Notes under the pieces: model-generated
What the model was told of the DNA's origin: nothing
Seen by the model: only the letters and a program-made list of their open reading frames with translations
Databases searched by the model: none
Translations under genes and position numbers: made by a program
Shown here: positions 37,401-51,199 of the stretch, one piece after another
Layout of the letters: each line of letters starts with the position of its first letter
Position numbering within the stretch: position 1 is the first letter of the stretch
Assembly: GCF_036971445.1 (NCBI RefSeq)
Contig: NC_091480.1
Location: forward strand, 99,634,001-99,698,000
Direction of reading: 5' to 3'
DNA length: 64,000 bases
DNA from: Narcine bancroftii
Taxonomy: Eukaryota

Positions 37401-40400
37401 TGGAGCGTAGAAGGTTGAGAGGGGATTTGATAGAGGTATTTAAGATTATGAAAGGGATAGACAGAGTGGATGTGGATAGACTATTTCCGTTAAGAGTAGG
37501 AGAGATTGAAACAAGAGGACATAAGTTAAGAGTTAAGGGGCAGAGGTTTAGAGGTAACATGAGGGGGAACTTCTTTACTCAGAGAGTGGTAGCGGTGTGG
37601 AACGAGCTTCCGGGAGAAATAGTGGCGGCAGAGTCCATTTTATTATTTAAGAAAAAGCTGGACAGGTATATGGATGAGAAGAAGGTGGAGGGTTATGGTC
37701 ATTGTGCAGGTAGGTGGGACTAGAGAGGAGTGTTTGGTTTGGTGCGGACTAGAAGGGCCTAATGGCCTGTTTCCGTGCTGTAATTTTTATGTTATATGTT
37801 ATGTTATGTTATATAACAAAAAGGAGAGAATTGGCAGACAAAAAAAAATAAAATACGGAACATTACAAACATACAAGGTGGAGAAGAACATAATGAAAAT
37901 AAAGCAAAAGTTTTACGAACTGGGAGAAAAAACACACAAAATATTAGCCTGGCAACTTAAAACAGAACAAGCTAAAAGAACTGTATTGGCATCAAGGAAA
38001 AAGTACAAACAAATTACATATAATCCAACAGAGATTAATGAGAACTTTAAGGAATTTTATGAACAATTAGACCAAACTGAGAACGAGCTAAAATTGAACT
38101 GCTGAAATTGCAAGAAGAGGAACAAAACAAACTGATAAAACCATTTGAAATGGAGGAAGTACAGGGTATATTTAAAAAAAAAAGCTGCCAAACAATAAAA
38201 TGCCAGGAGAGGATGGATTCCCAATAGAATTCTATAAAACATTTAAAGAGTTATTAATTCCTCCTCTCCTGGAAATAATGAACCAGATAGAAGAAACACA
38301 AAACTTGCCAGAATCATGCAAGACAGCAATAATTACAGTAATACCAAAGACAGGGAAGGATCCACTCGCACCAGCATCATATCGACCAATAACTCTACTT
38401 AACTCAGATTATAAGAAAAAAGCGAAACTATTAGCAAACAGATTGGCCGATTGTGTACCAAAAATAGTAAAACTAGATCAAACTGGATTTATTAAGAAAA
38501 GATGAACAGCGGATAATGTCTATAAACTTATTAATCTAATTCATGCAGTTCAAGGAAATAAGAAGCCAACAGTGGCTGTTGCTTTAGACGCAGAAAAAGC
38601 CTGTGACAGAGTAGAATGGAAGCATTTATTTAAAGTATTAGAGGTTCAGTCTACCAGAAAAATATATTGATTGGATTAAAGCATTATATAATGGACCGTT
38701 GGCAACTGTAACAGTAAATAGATATGTATCAAACCAATTTCAATTAAGTAGGTCAACTAGACAGGGATGTCCATTATCCCCCTCATTGTTTGCCTTAGCA
38801 ATAGAAATATTGGCAGAACTGATAAGAACAGAAAATAAAAGGGATAAAAATAAAGGAGAAGGAGTATAAAATCAACTTATTTGCAGATGACATCATAGTA
38901 TACTTAACAGAACCAGAAATATCAATAAAAGAACTACATAAGAAATTGAAGGAGTATGGAGAAATATCGGGGTACAAAACGCAAATAAAAGTGAGGTGAT
39001 GCAAATGAGTAACGCGGATTATACAGAATTTAAAAAAAGAATCACTATTTAAATGGCAAACACAAGCAATCCGATTCCTAGGTATCAGGTTAAATAATAA
39101 CTTTAGCCACCTGTACAAACTAAATTATCAGCCATTAATAAAGAAATTGCAGGAAGACTTAGAGCATTGGAAAGAATTACTGCTAAAGTTGATAGGGAGG
39201 GTAAATTGTATTAAAATGAATGTCTTCCCAAGGATACAATACTTATTTCAATCGTTGCCAATTCCCTTAACTGAGAAATTCTTTAATGAACTAAAGAGAA
39301 TAATAAGGAAATTCTTGTGGAAAGGGTGAAACCAAGGGTAGCGTTGGATAAATTAACAGAGGTGTATAACCAAGGTGGTTTGCAGTTAACAAACTTTAAA
39401 AATTATTATAGAGCAGCACAATTAAGGTATTTATCAGATTTTTACCAGACAAGGGAAAAACCAGACTGGACTAAGATAGAACTAGATAAAATAGGGGAGA
39501 AGGTACCGGATGTACCGGAAGGTAAGTGGGATGTAAAGCTGGTGCAATATAAAAGCTCACCAGTATTGCATCATTTACTTAATATATGGAAGAAGATCCA
39601 CTTAGAAAGGAAAAAAAATGAATTATCAAATACTAAAATTGTTCTTGACACAAAACCCACTAATCCCTTTTAAAATAGATAACCTTTCCTTTAGAGAATG
39701 GGAGAGAGAAGGAATCAAAAGAATAGAAAATTGTTTTTTGGGAAATAATTTATTTACATTTGAACAGTTGAAGTACAAATATGGAATAACTCACGGTACA
39801 ATGTTTGCATATCATCAATTGAAAGCTTATTTAAAGGATAAATTGGGAAACAGACTGAGATTACCAGAAGGAAGCAGCTTTGAATATGTGATTACAGACA
39901 CAATGATAATTAAAAGATTTATAACAAACATATACATTAAGCTGCAAGATAAGGAAAATGATGAAATAAGCTGTAAACCTAAAAAAAGTGGGAAAAGGAT
40001 TTAAACATAAAGATAAAAAATGAAGCATGGGAAAAGTTATGTTCCGGAACTATGAAGAATACAATAAACACATGATTCAGTATAATTGGTTACACAGGTT
40101 ATATATCACTCCTTAAAAGTTAAAAGAATGGGACCCAACAGTATCAGATAGATGTTTTCGCTGTAAGAAGGAAACGGTAACAACAGTACATGCAATTTGG
40201 GCACGTACGAAAGTGAATACTTTTTGGGAAGAACTAAATCAGATATTAAATAAAATTACAAAAAAAAACTTACCAAAAAATCCAGAGATCTTTCTTCTAA
40301 GCAACATAAGTAAAGAATTAGGCCTCAAACTGGATAAAGTGCAAAAAAAGATTTATTTTGATAGTCTTAGCAGTTGCAAAAAAATGTATAATGTCAACTT

Positions 40401-40690
40401 GGAAAATGGAAGAGAGCCTGAGAGTACAGCAATGGTCCATGGAAATGAATAAATGTATTCCATTGGAAAAAATAACATATAATTTAAAAAATAAAGTCAC
40501 ATTATTTGAACAAATTTGGGAACCGTACATGGAACATCACAGAGATGACCCATTTTTCTTTATTTTTCATTGTGTGATGACATTGTTTAATGGTTTTATT
40601 GTATTGTATATGTTGAATATTTATTGGTTTTGGAGGGGTGAGGGAGGGGGGGGGGAAGGGAGAAAATGCCACTGTGTATATTTAATGAGA
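34410..40690 (+). mobile_element. Near full-length L1-clade LINE (ORF1 ~34558-35945; ORF2 EN+RT ~36380-40560), inactivated
   Basis: ORF1 DMLENYSRRNNIKIVGL, FFYP.ISFEL; EN QE.HL, GVAILINK, YAPN, SRIDMF, S.HSP; RT PGEDGFPIEFYK, YRPITLLN.DYK, DQTGFI, LDAEKA.D, RQGCPLSP, LFADD; multiple stops and frameshifts. Confidence 0.92.
37362..37812 (+). mobile_element. Young CR1 3' fragment nested in L1 ORF2
   Basis: LGLYSLERRRLRGDLIEVFKIMKG...FFTQRVVAVWNELP intact; (ttatg)n tail; L1 sequence resumes after it. Confidence 0.85.
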
Positions 40691-41151
40691 AACCCGTTTC
40701 TTTTTTTTGCTGTGGCAGCAAATCAAAGGTGCATTTGGGAGATGCTGACATGTTCATTGCCCAGATAATGTGGATGATAATTGTATGAACTTCTGGATGT
40801 TGGTAACGGGTATAAAAACTGTAATCAAAATTTTCTGTTCTAGATGAAGCCTTTAAGTTGAGCAATTAGTAAATTGCGGAAGATGTTTCCCATGATGTGA
40901 GGCTGGCAGTGTAGCTTCTGACATTTTCCATCTCAGAAAACAAAATCAAAACACTTGATGTCCATTGTTTCCAATGGCACAAGGCCCATCTGGATCTTAA
41001 CTATTATGGTTAAAAATAGAGAGGAATCGGATGCAGTTGCTTGGTTTTGCATTGCAGTGGAGGTCCAGTGAAGTGCTAATTGCTTTACTTTTGCTGTAGC
41101 AGATTTTCCTTCGAATCTGTTCAGCTGAAAGCATCTCCGTGTCATTTGCAG

Positions 41152-41269
41152 GTGGTGATTCTTGATGTCCGAGTACCCTGCACTCCTGTGGCCCGATTAA
41201 ATAATCACCGAGCGTGTGTGAATGGCATTGCCTGGGCTCCACACTCATCCTGTCACATCTGCACTGCAG
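41152..41269 (+). CDS. DCAF7: DCAF7 coding exon 5
   Basis: atttgcag| [39 protein letters not shown] |gtaagg; 118 nt. Confidence 0.97.
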
Positions 41270-41304
41270 GTAAGGTCTTTGTTCCTTTAAATTTAAATTT
41301 TAAA

Positions 41305-41510
41305 TTAAATTTAGACGTGCCACATGGTACAGGTCATTTCACCCCGTGCCATCCAAATAATCTATAACCCCCAGTACATTTTGAATGGTAGGAGGGAACC
41401 GGAGCCCCTGGAGAAAACCCATGTAGACACGGGGAGAATGTACAAACTCCTTACAGAAGCACAGGATTTGAACCCAGGTCCTGATCGTTGGTGTTGTAAC
41501 TGCTGTCTGT
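41305..41510 (-). mobile_element. V-SINE (HE1-like) copy
   Basis: ggatttgaacccagg and tgtacaaactccttacag reverse-complement family motifs. Confidence 0.7.
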
Positions 41511-43217
41511 GATTTGAAGAGATCGAGTCATCTAATGACTTGCTGAGGATAGAAGGAGATTATACCCATTGTAGTTTTTAAGATTCTCATTTTTATTTTC
41601 AGGACATTAATCAGATTGTCAAATTAACTTCTGTTGCCATTTAAAACCAAAATTTCATATCCATAGAACACTACAACCAAAGAAACAGGCCCATCTTGTC
41701 CATGCTACGTTGTTTTTTCTACTGATTCCCATTGACCTGCACCCAGACCAAACTCCCCCACACCTCTCCCATCCATGTACCCATCAGAACTTTTCTTAAA
41801 TATCAAAAGTGAACCCTCATCCATCACTTCCACTAGCAGGATCATTCCACACTCTTACTGCCATTTGAGTGAATAAGTTCCTCCTAATGTCCTCTTGTTC
41901 TTGTCTCACCCAACCTCTGGCAGGGTTGGGGGAGAAAGGGAACCTGCTTGCATCTACTCCTTATAACTTTGACTACCACACTATCTGTTCATTTGCCACC
42001 ATTCCAGGAATAAAATCCCTATAACTGCTCTCAAAGTCCCAGCAACATCCTTGTAAATTTTCTCTGCATTCTGAATCTTATTGATATCTTTCCTGTAAGT
42101 AGGTGATCAAAGCCAGGTACAGATGAAATCCAGGATATGTAGACTTAGCAATAACTTGTAACTTTTTCATCCTTTCCATAAAATCTGAATTCTATTTCCT
42201 TTTACTTGTTTTCTCAACTCTTATCTGACCCCTTGGGTTTTTCTTTGTCCAGTGTTTTAGGAAGATGTTATAATTTCCTTTTTTTTTCTATTTCCTATTA
42301 CTTAACCCGCCTGCCTTTAGTTAATGGATCCTTTTAAATTCTTGTGCTGTCGACGTTTGTTGCTGTTGCACTCTGTACTTGCCCAAGATTTATTAAAGAC
42401 CAGTGTTCACTGTGTTCCCGCAGTGAAGCCACTGAGCCCATACTGTTGTGGTTTTTTAAACTGACTTTTTATATGATTGGCCCCTTTGTTTAAATTTTGT
42501 TTGCAACTATTGATCTTTAAATTTATCATAACTTGTTCATATTATAATTTAAATTTCTCAGCACACTAAGGAATTTCTTGTCACCTCTCAAGGGAAGGTG
42601 TCCAGTCATTAACCCAGTATTCTCAATGGATTGGTTTCCTCTCATTCAGTCTTATCTGTAAATGTCCGTGGTCGTTCGTCTGTGGATATTCAACATGGTG
42701 AAATTGGCTAGTGAACCGAAATACTGTTACCATGTCAATATACAAACTGAATCTAGTGATCCTAAGTCAGCAGATTTGGTGACTTCTACTCCATCATTCC
42801 AGCCTGAATTTGAAGAGGCAGAACTTGTTTCCTTTCCTGTGGAATGGAGTGGAAGTCTTCCTGAATATCTTTTTTACCAACTGGTAGATTCTTGTTGCCA
42901 TCCATGAGCCTCAGCTCTCTGCCATGGCCTTCAGCACTGAGTCTTCCTGTAGAGTTTTGATAGATCTCCCTGGCCCCTGTCCATTCCTGTGTCATAAATG
43001 GAGAAGAAAATTAGGCTATCAGCAGATTTGAACCTTTATTCGTAGGTAAATATTTCCTTTAAGTACTTTGAAGTGTTATGTGAATTCTCCACAAAATGGG
43101 AGATTTCTATGATTCTAAAGGGTGTGATAAGAATGTCACCGGAGTTGTGTCTTGCTTTTAACACTTTGAAGGTTGATGCCCTTATTTTTAACTAAATCAA
43201 CACTTTTTTGTTTGAAG

Positions 43218-43390
43218 CGGATGACCACCAGGCACTTATTTGGGATATTCAGCAGATGCCACGTGCCATTGAAGATCCCATCTTGGCATACACAGCGGAG
43301 GGAGAGATCAACAACGTCCAGTGGGCATCAACCCAGCCTGACTGGATAGCCATCTGCTATAACAACTGTCTGGAGATCTTGCGGGTTTAG
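43218..43390 (+). CDS. DCAF7: DCAF7 coding exon 6 (last)
   Basis: ttttgtttgaag| (A)[56 protein letters not shown]; total CDS 1029 nt = 342 aa. Confidence 0.97.
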
Positions 43391-46300
43391 TTCTGATGAC
43401 TGACACTAGATGAGGGAGGGCTGATGGGGGCTGTTGTGTGTGAATGGGAGAAAAGAGTTAAAGTTGAGAATGTGCAGATTGTTAGTATATTCTGAGTGCA
43501 ATTGGCTGCTTCTGGGTCCAAATCAACTCTTTGGATCCTTAACCCATCCTCACCTTAAAGCAAATAACTGAACCAGTTAGGAGAGCATATTTTCATTTGA
43601 TCGGCTAACCCTCTGGTAATGTACATGTATCACAGTAGAAATGTTTTCTAAAGAGTTACTAATAACATGACCATATTTTTATGACTGAAATAGCTCAGTC
43701 TGGGTTTAACTAGTTATGGAACAAGCTTGTTCCCTAATTCGCTACATCAGATGATGTGCTGTGTGCCAGATGGAGACTGTATTCCCATATTCCAAGCTGG
43801 GCTTGTAACAATGGTTTTCTTTTGACTTCAAAAGATTAGGATCCTTCTTTTCAGGAATAATTTGGCAGCTTGAAGCCAATTTGGCCCATAATGAAGTTCC
43901 CAGATTGGAGTGAAGCACCTCTGGAATATCTCGTGAATTTTGTTGTACGAGGTTTTAGGGACATGTTTGAAATGGTCCTGGTACGTAGCCCTCATTTGTA
44001 GGATGAAACAAGTCTACAGGGCATTATTGTGCTTTTGGTGGGTTTGCCTCTCCAAGTCTAGCCTTGTGGCATTATTGGCTTTTGCGGTGCCCACAAGGTA
44101 TTGTTTTGCCATTGAAGTAGAGACAAAACTATATAATGTGATGCAGGAAAGAGAACTTTTACTACAACGACTGACACCAGAGTCACTTGTCATTTTAATT
44201 TGGTTGCATCAAATGTCTCCAGTTTGTTTAATCAAAAGTGAAATGAGCTTTCCTTTTCAATGACCCATTCACCAAGCCACCACCAACTTTCCTATAACAG
44301 AATTATGAAACTATGAATGGACTTTGAAATCCTGTGTGCCAACTTTTGGAATCTGTTGCGATTGTTGCCCTTCTGTTTGCTTTCTAATATAAACGGGCTG
44401 AATTTGGAGCATGTGATTCCAGTCTGAGGAACACAGTTCTGTTCTGTGCAGTACGAGTCATGCTGAAGTCTAGCATCCTGAATGCAAGAACTTCTCACTC
44501 TCCCTCAAGATCATAGCTTTTTTTTTACTGTACCTGCTTTGTACTTTGGGGTGGAAGGGGTTTGGTGATTACAAGGATGTTTGGTATTCGCTGCTCTAAC
44601 GTTGTGCTTCAGTGAGAGGCGATTAATTAAACTTCACTGCAAGTAGATGCAGCAATATGTCGGACAGCCACTTGAATCTGCCTTTCTGCTGATTGTCCAT
44701 GCTAAAAGTCGGTCCTTTTAGGAAATGGTGTATTGTCAGGCAACTGGTCTTAACATGCAACCTTTTCAGCTGCTCTGTTTGCACCCCCCTAATGAGAAGC
44801 AGTGTTTGATATTGACTAAAAGAGGTACTGTGATGAAGTACAATTGAAAAAGCAATTTAAAAAAAACTAGTGGCTTTAGGCTCTGCAATCCCGGCAAAGC
44901 TTTATTCATTGTCACAACTCATGCAGTTGGTCTAATTTGTCATCACCTAGAATGTAACTTGCATTTGTGAGTTTGATGGGGTCGTTCTGCAGCAGGAGTT
45001 GTGAATTCTTGATGTTGCATCTTGGCCTGGGTATAGAGTGAGGGAGGTAAGAGTGGGCTTGTGGATTGATGTGCACTGTACATGCAGACATTAAACAGCT
45101 CGAGTTAATTAAATTGAGGGAGAGGAATACCCCATGTTCTCAGACATGGAAGAACTGGCAGTGAGACATCCTGACATCCTTTATTCAGTGGATGCCTCGT
45201 TCCTGTTCATTTTTTTACCTGGTATAGTAATCTTTTTTTAAAAAAAAATGGAAGGGCACAGTGTGTTCTGTTTGTCGTGCAGTCAGACTGGGTGTAAAAT
45301 GCTAGATGCCTCTACCTTGTATGGTGCAAAACGTACTTTGGAAATTGAGTTACTAATTACTGATTTGGGGCATTCTATATCTAGATCTGAAGCTGGTTCT
45401 GTTTGTGTAGTGAATGCTTCTCCCAGAGGGAATGTAACTGGACTTTTCTACCAGGGCAGCAGATGGAGCAATGAGGTTTGCTTGAGTCAGCACATGAAAA
45501 CTTAATATAGCTAAACTCTTCACATGACCCTCCCTGGATTCTGGTGTATTTTATGAACATCCTGTACACTGCAGCATTGCGTGAGCTGAGCAAAGCCAAC
45601 GATTTGTGCTCAGTCTATCCAGGCCCATTTTCATTTTCCTGACTGCAGAAACGTTATGGTGGTTTCAGACTGAGGCAGATTTCTCTGTAAAATAGACTAC
45701 GGGATCCTGCTTAAACAATTGGGTTTCCAATTCAGTCAGTGGAATGGAGTTGTTGCCATTTGAAGGGAAAAATGCTGAAGTGCAAGTTCATGCCTTTCAG
45801 TAGTTGTACTCGAAAGTTAATAAAACTGCAGAAGAGGAAAATCAGAAATGAAAATAAGGAATGCTGGGAACACTGGGAAAGGCAGGAAATGGTAACCCTA
45901 TTATCTTTCCACAGATGCTGTCTGACCTGAATGTTTCCAGTATTTTCTGATTTCATTCTTGGCATAATGCTGATGAGTACAAACTCTGGCAGGCTTTAGA
46001 GAGTGACCAGCTCGTGTGAAGTTGGCATAACTAAAGCTTTGACATTCAGCCTTGTGCTGCAATCTCCCTTCAAACCTTGGTTAGCCAGTTATTTAAAATG
46101 TTTGATCCCCTTTCTCTGACCATTTTAGAACTGCAAGTAGAGACATACAGGTTATTGCAGGTGCTGGAATCTCGAGCAGACAGAATTATTTGAGGAACTC
46201 ATCAGGTCAGGCAGTATGCATGGGTGGAAATGGTCAGTCAAGGCTTTGTGTCAGAACTCTTTGTCAAGGTTTTCACTCTGTCCCTAATGAATTCTTCCAT

Positions 46301-48680
46301 TAATTCTTTGCCCGAGTCAGAAAAAACACCCGAGGGAAATGGGTTTTTTTTTGCCAATCATTTCATTCTTAAAACACTTTAATTGTTTGATGTTGGCAAA
46401 AGGTTCCCGTCCTGGTAAATGCCTCAGCAGTTCTGATATTTTATGACACAGGAGGCCACTTGAGCCCTTTGCTACCTCACTGAGCAATCTTGGTGCTCCA
46501 CTAATCTTTCTCTAACCTCTTCTGCCCACTCCCCATCAACCCCTCTCCCTGCCCCCTTCCTTCTACCACTCTCACACCAGAGCCAATTTATCATGTCTAG
46601 TTAACGTAGCAACCCACGCATCTTTGCGAGTTGGGAGGGAACGAGGGCTGATGGGGAGAAAGTACAAACTCCACACAACAAGACCGGATTTGACCCTGGA
46701 CTCTTTTTAGTTGAGGCAGAATTCTAGCTATGCCACGACCAGGCTTTTACTTTAAATCTCTTTTCCTCACTCAGCTGTTGCAAAGTTTCACATCACCATA
46801 TCCCAAATGACAAGGAGCACTGACTATGCTCATCGAGTCCTTCCTTGCTAAAGAGCATCAGTCTCTTGCAGTTCTGAGAAGTCCATGTAAAAATAAATTG
46901 GTTCATGGATGTGTTAGTGACAAAAAGCTGATGGCTTTGAAGATTGCCTTTGTGTAATGAAAGCTAAAAGACACCTGGGTTGAGAGAGACAAAAAGCAGT
47001 CTGCCAAAATCCTTGCCCCATGGTAACTTTGCTATCTTCTCTGGATGCAGTGCAGATGAGTTGGAGTAATACTGGCCTGAATAAGGAGGGAATCGGTCAG
47101 GAAAATGCTGATTTTTGTTAAATTAAAATCCTTTTGGAAAATGTATGAATGAAACTGTCATACAGTTATGGTTACCAGGCCTACACCTTCCCGCTTGGTT
47201 CACATTGACTCTGGGATAAGGTGGGAGAAGGGTTTTGTAATATTGGGGATGCAAGTTTGAAGATTCAGTTACATATGTAAGCGTGTGTGACATGAAGATG
47301 CTACTTGGTTCATCTTGTACAGTGTTGTGGCATTTTTCTATTGTGATTTTAATGGAATTCAGAGCTGTTTGGCATTTGTTCAGGAAGAAACCAGCAACTT
47401 TACTACAGTCATCTTGAAGTCTGATAAATGGAATAATCCATTATAAATATGTTATAATACTACAGGGAATTCTGGAGAGATGTAGGGTAAGGAGTGAAAT
47501 ACTCATGGTTACTGAGCAGAGATGCAAGAATCAAAGCTGATTTGAACATTTTTAAAAGAGTATTCTAATACTTTAGTTTGTAGTTGTGGAGGGATACAGT
47601 GCCAGAAACTGGCTCCTCTGCCCACAGAGACTATGCTGACCATCAACCATTTGGTTTTTACACTGATCCGAGCTCGCACATTTTATTCTCTACATTGCCA
47701 TCGGCTTCAGCTCTCTAACCACTCATCTACATACGATGGGCAAAGTGCAGTGTCCTCATGAACTCACTGACTGCAGATTTTGGATATGGCAGGTGTTAGG
47801 AGGAAATGCAGTGGATCACCACCAGAACATGTTAAGGCCACACACAGTATGGGCAGTCAAACTGCAGGTCACAAGCTGGGTCTGCATTGCTGCAAAGATG
47901 CTGACAGATTGCAGACTGCACATCATAGCTATTTGTAAACACCCCACCTCCTGGCCCCCTTCCACCACCACCAAGCACATCAAACCTCAGTTTTGTTTCC
48001 TTTTCCAAGTCTGAATTTATTTCTTTCCCTCGCTGGGGCTAACGGCACTGAACTATATAAACTGGAAAGCCCAAGTCAGTTGAGTGACCAGTGCTGGCTA
48101 GTTGAACCATTGCTGTATGATGCGCATCATGTGGTCATAATACTTGTGCACTGTGTGTGCCAATGCGAGACCATGGCACAGAAATTCAAAATGAGAAATT
48201 GGCATTAAATTGACCTTGATCTAATCTTAATGGAGAATGGCATGTGGAAGATTGACTCTTCCTACCTGAATAGGAAAATTCATTTCCAATCTTCACTGAC
48301 TTTCATTGTAGAAAGATGTTTCCACAAAGTCTTAAACAACTGGTTGATTAAACCACTGACAAACTGACCTGTGTAGTTGATTTGCATGGGTTTATTTTAA
48401 TGAGTTGTTCCTTTACAGGGAGAGTTTTAATTTGCTGCCTTGGCCCATGTGCCTGCTGTGTTTGTGCACAGTGTTGAACCTTGCTCTAACAATCACAAGA
48501 ATTCTAGCCCAGCTCGTGGGTAGGTGGGAGTATCGCAGATTTGTTTTGCTAGTGGCTTGATGCCTTTATGGTCATTCTTCCAGGCAGCAGCTGCAGAATT
48601 GTGAGTGCATATTTTACCTCGAGCTACTGGCCTTTAGAGATGATTCCAGCCTGATGGTTACCATATAATTTCTACCAGGC

Positions 48681-48848
48681 CAGTGGTTCTCAGCCTTTTT
48701 CCATTCACATACCACCTTAAGTAATCCCTTACTACTTACTAACCACAGGGCACTGATGCCTAAGGATGCATAGATTAGTAAGGGATTACTTAAGATGGTA
48801 AAGCGGGGTGGGGGGGGGGGGTGTGGGAGGAAAGGTTGAGAACTACTG
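48681..48848. mobile_element. hAT/Charlie-type MITE
   Basis: CAGTGGTTCTCAGCC ... GGTTGAGAACTACTG termini; same family as 5528-5862. Confidence 0.75.
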
Positions 48849-49772
48849 ACCTACACGATTAATTTTCATTAGCTGCTCCAGGCAAGTTTCCAGCATGACC
48901 TGAGTTTTAAATCTGTTGATGTATTTAATGTATTAGTGCGTGTGTGAAGGGCAAAGCAGTGTTTGTTAGAGGGGGTAATATTCAGTCTGTTACGGCTACT
49001 ACCATTTGCTTGCCCACCTTGATGTGGTTGGGGGCTTTTGTTTTGAGGAGATTGAACGTGCTTGGCTTCAGACGCAAACAGCTCACGTCTCAGCACCCAC
49101 AACTGGGCTTCCACTGTCAGTATAGCACTTAGGCAGTCAACCACAAGCCTGGACGTTCCCACTCCACATCGTGCACTGTACCTGTAAACTTAAGCCTTTC
49201 CTTGTCTTGCTGTTGTAACGTTATAATCTGTGTTACCTCCAATCCATTCACCTTTCCTCCTGTGTTCATTTTTCCCTAGAGTTAGATGTAACTCTAAAGG
49301 CCTCTTCATTTTAATGTGTTACAGCTGATTAAGCTTAGCTGTTGTATATTAGTTTATTCAGATGTGTACATGGGAGAGAGGCAGGGATCTTTATTTTAAT
49401 TCCTTGTATATTGACCTTGTTAAACAATACGAGCTAGGTATGTTTGTACTGAATTCTTCCTTGCTATCTGAGGGTTTCAGTGTTGACCCAATGCTTACAG
49501 CTGATCCCCAACATCTAATTTCAACAACAATCTAGTTCTGATTGGAAGTAGATTCCATCTTGCAATGAAGGAACAATTCCTCTTTCATTTAAAATGTCCG
49601 CAAATTTCTACGTGTCCACTTCTGTATGCTGTAAATGGCACTTTTAGTATTTATATTGTGATTTTTTTTTTGTCTGATTTCTGTTAATTATTGAATGCAT
49701 AGCTGAGTGCTTTCTTAGATCTCTAGGATGTTTGTTTACATTGGAATATATAGAAGATGTTAACTTTTTCTT

Positions 49773-49778
49773 AATAAA
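49773..49778 (+). terminator. Candidate DCAF7 polyadenylation signal
   Basis: AATAAA with U-rich upstream sequence and gtgttgtttg downstream. Confidence 0.6.
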
Positions 49779-51199
49779 AATATTGAAGCGTGTCAAGTGT
49801 TGTTTGCTCTTCTATCTCTTTTTCTGTTATCTTTCTTCCACTTTCACAAAATGACCAAGTATTCCAGAGAAGAAGCAGCAAATTCCATCACTGATGACCA
49901 TGGTGAGTACTTGTTCAGGCACAATTATTTGCTGTGTCCATTTAAAGTAAAAATGGCCGTGGCTGATTTCCAGTGGACTGTTTTATTCAACGATTTTGAA
50001 TCCCACTGTGTACATTTCTGTGATTGGGTGGATGCTCTCTGCTCTGGGGGGCTCCTCGAGCAATTCTTTGCTGAAGATGCCAGCATCTGCAGTGCTTGAC
50101 CAAATCTTTGCTGCATTGGCAAGTATTAGCTGTAAGCAAAGGTTATTTATCCTGGAGCGTTAGGGACTCAAGGGAATCTGTACTACATAGGCACATGGAT
50201 GATTTATATATCTATATACACCATGGGTGGCCAAGCCACGGTTCACAAGCCACACACAAAATGCGCAGCTCCTGAAGAAATGTCGGCTGAGACAGGAATT
50301 GTACGAGCTGGTGCTCACAGTTGTGTTAGTGGGTATGATTATGGCGCAAGTGTGGTGGGCAGTGAAATTAGTAGAGTGCAAGCGTGATCCGGGCCACCTG
50401 CCCTCCAGAGTTCCCCAACCCCTCCCATGGACTCTTAACTAGGTTCCCGACTGCTCTCCCATCCAAGCTTCTGATGCCCTGAATGCAGACTTGCTATCCA
50501 GTCACAGCTGCTCAACCATCCGAGCTCCTGAATTCCCAGATTCACCACCCTCTGGCTGAAGAATCTTCCTATCCCTGTTCTAAAGGGATATCCTTTTATT
50601 CTGCCCTCTAGTCTTACTCTCCCTGCTACTGGAAACATCATCTCCTTGTCCACTATCCAATTCTTTCAATATTCAGTATATTCCAAAAAGACACTCCAGC
50701 AAGTACAGGCCCAAATCCATCAAATGGTCCTTGTACATTAATCCTCTCATCCCACTGATCATTCTCATAAACCTCCCTGAACCCCCTCTCCAATACAGCA
50801 TATCCTTCCTTGGATGCAGAGCCCAAAACTGCTCACAATACTCTGTGCTCTGACCAACCCCTTGTAATATCCCCTTAGCTTAATATCCTTGCTTTTATAG
50901 TCTCATCTTGTTGAAACGAATGCTAAAATTGCATTTGTCTTCCTTACTACTGACTCAACCTGCATATTAACCTTGGGGAATCCTGCACAAGGACTCCCAA
51001 GATCTTTGGACCTCCACTTTCTCTTCCGATAGAAAATAGGCCTGCTCTTTACTCATTACACCAAATTCTTTGTTTACAATTTCTCCAGCATTTACATTTT
51101 TTAGAGCTTTTATTTTTATTGTATGAATCAAAAACTGAAGTTCTGACTGTCAGAACTTGTTCTCATTCCCAGTAACTTCTTTGGCTCATCCCACTTGCC

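Larger units (their letters stand above)
43391..49800 (+). other. DCAF7: Probable long DCAF7 3' UTR
   Basis: Repeat-poor AU/GU-rich stretch ending in AATAAA (49773) followed by a GU-rich element; the exact extent is inference. Confidence 0.55.

Noticed and set aside
34558-40560. Active L1 or domesticated L1TD1-like gene
   Set aside because: Multiple in-frame stops and frameshifts in both ORFs plus a nested CR1 insertion
43205-43217. Unusual acceptor of the DCAF7 last exon (AAG)
   Set aside because: AAG is a minor but ordinary U2 acceptor; the frame and conserved sequence (CTA-ADDHQ) fit exactly
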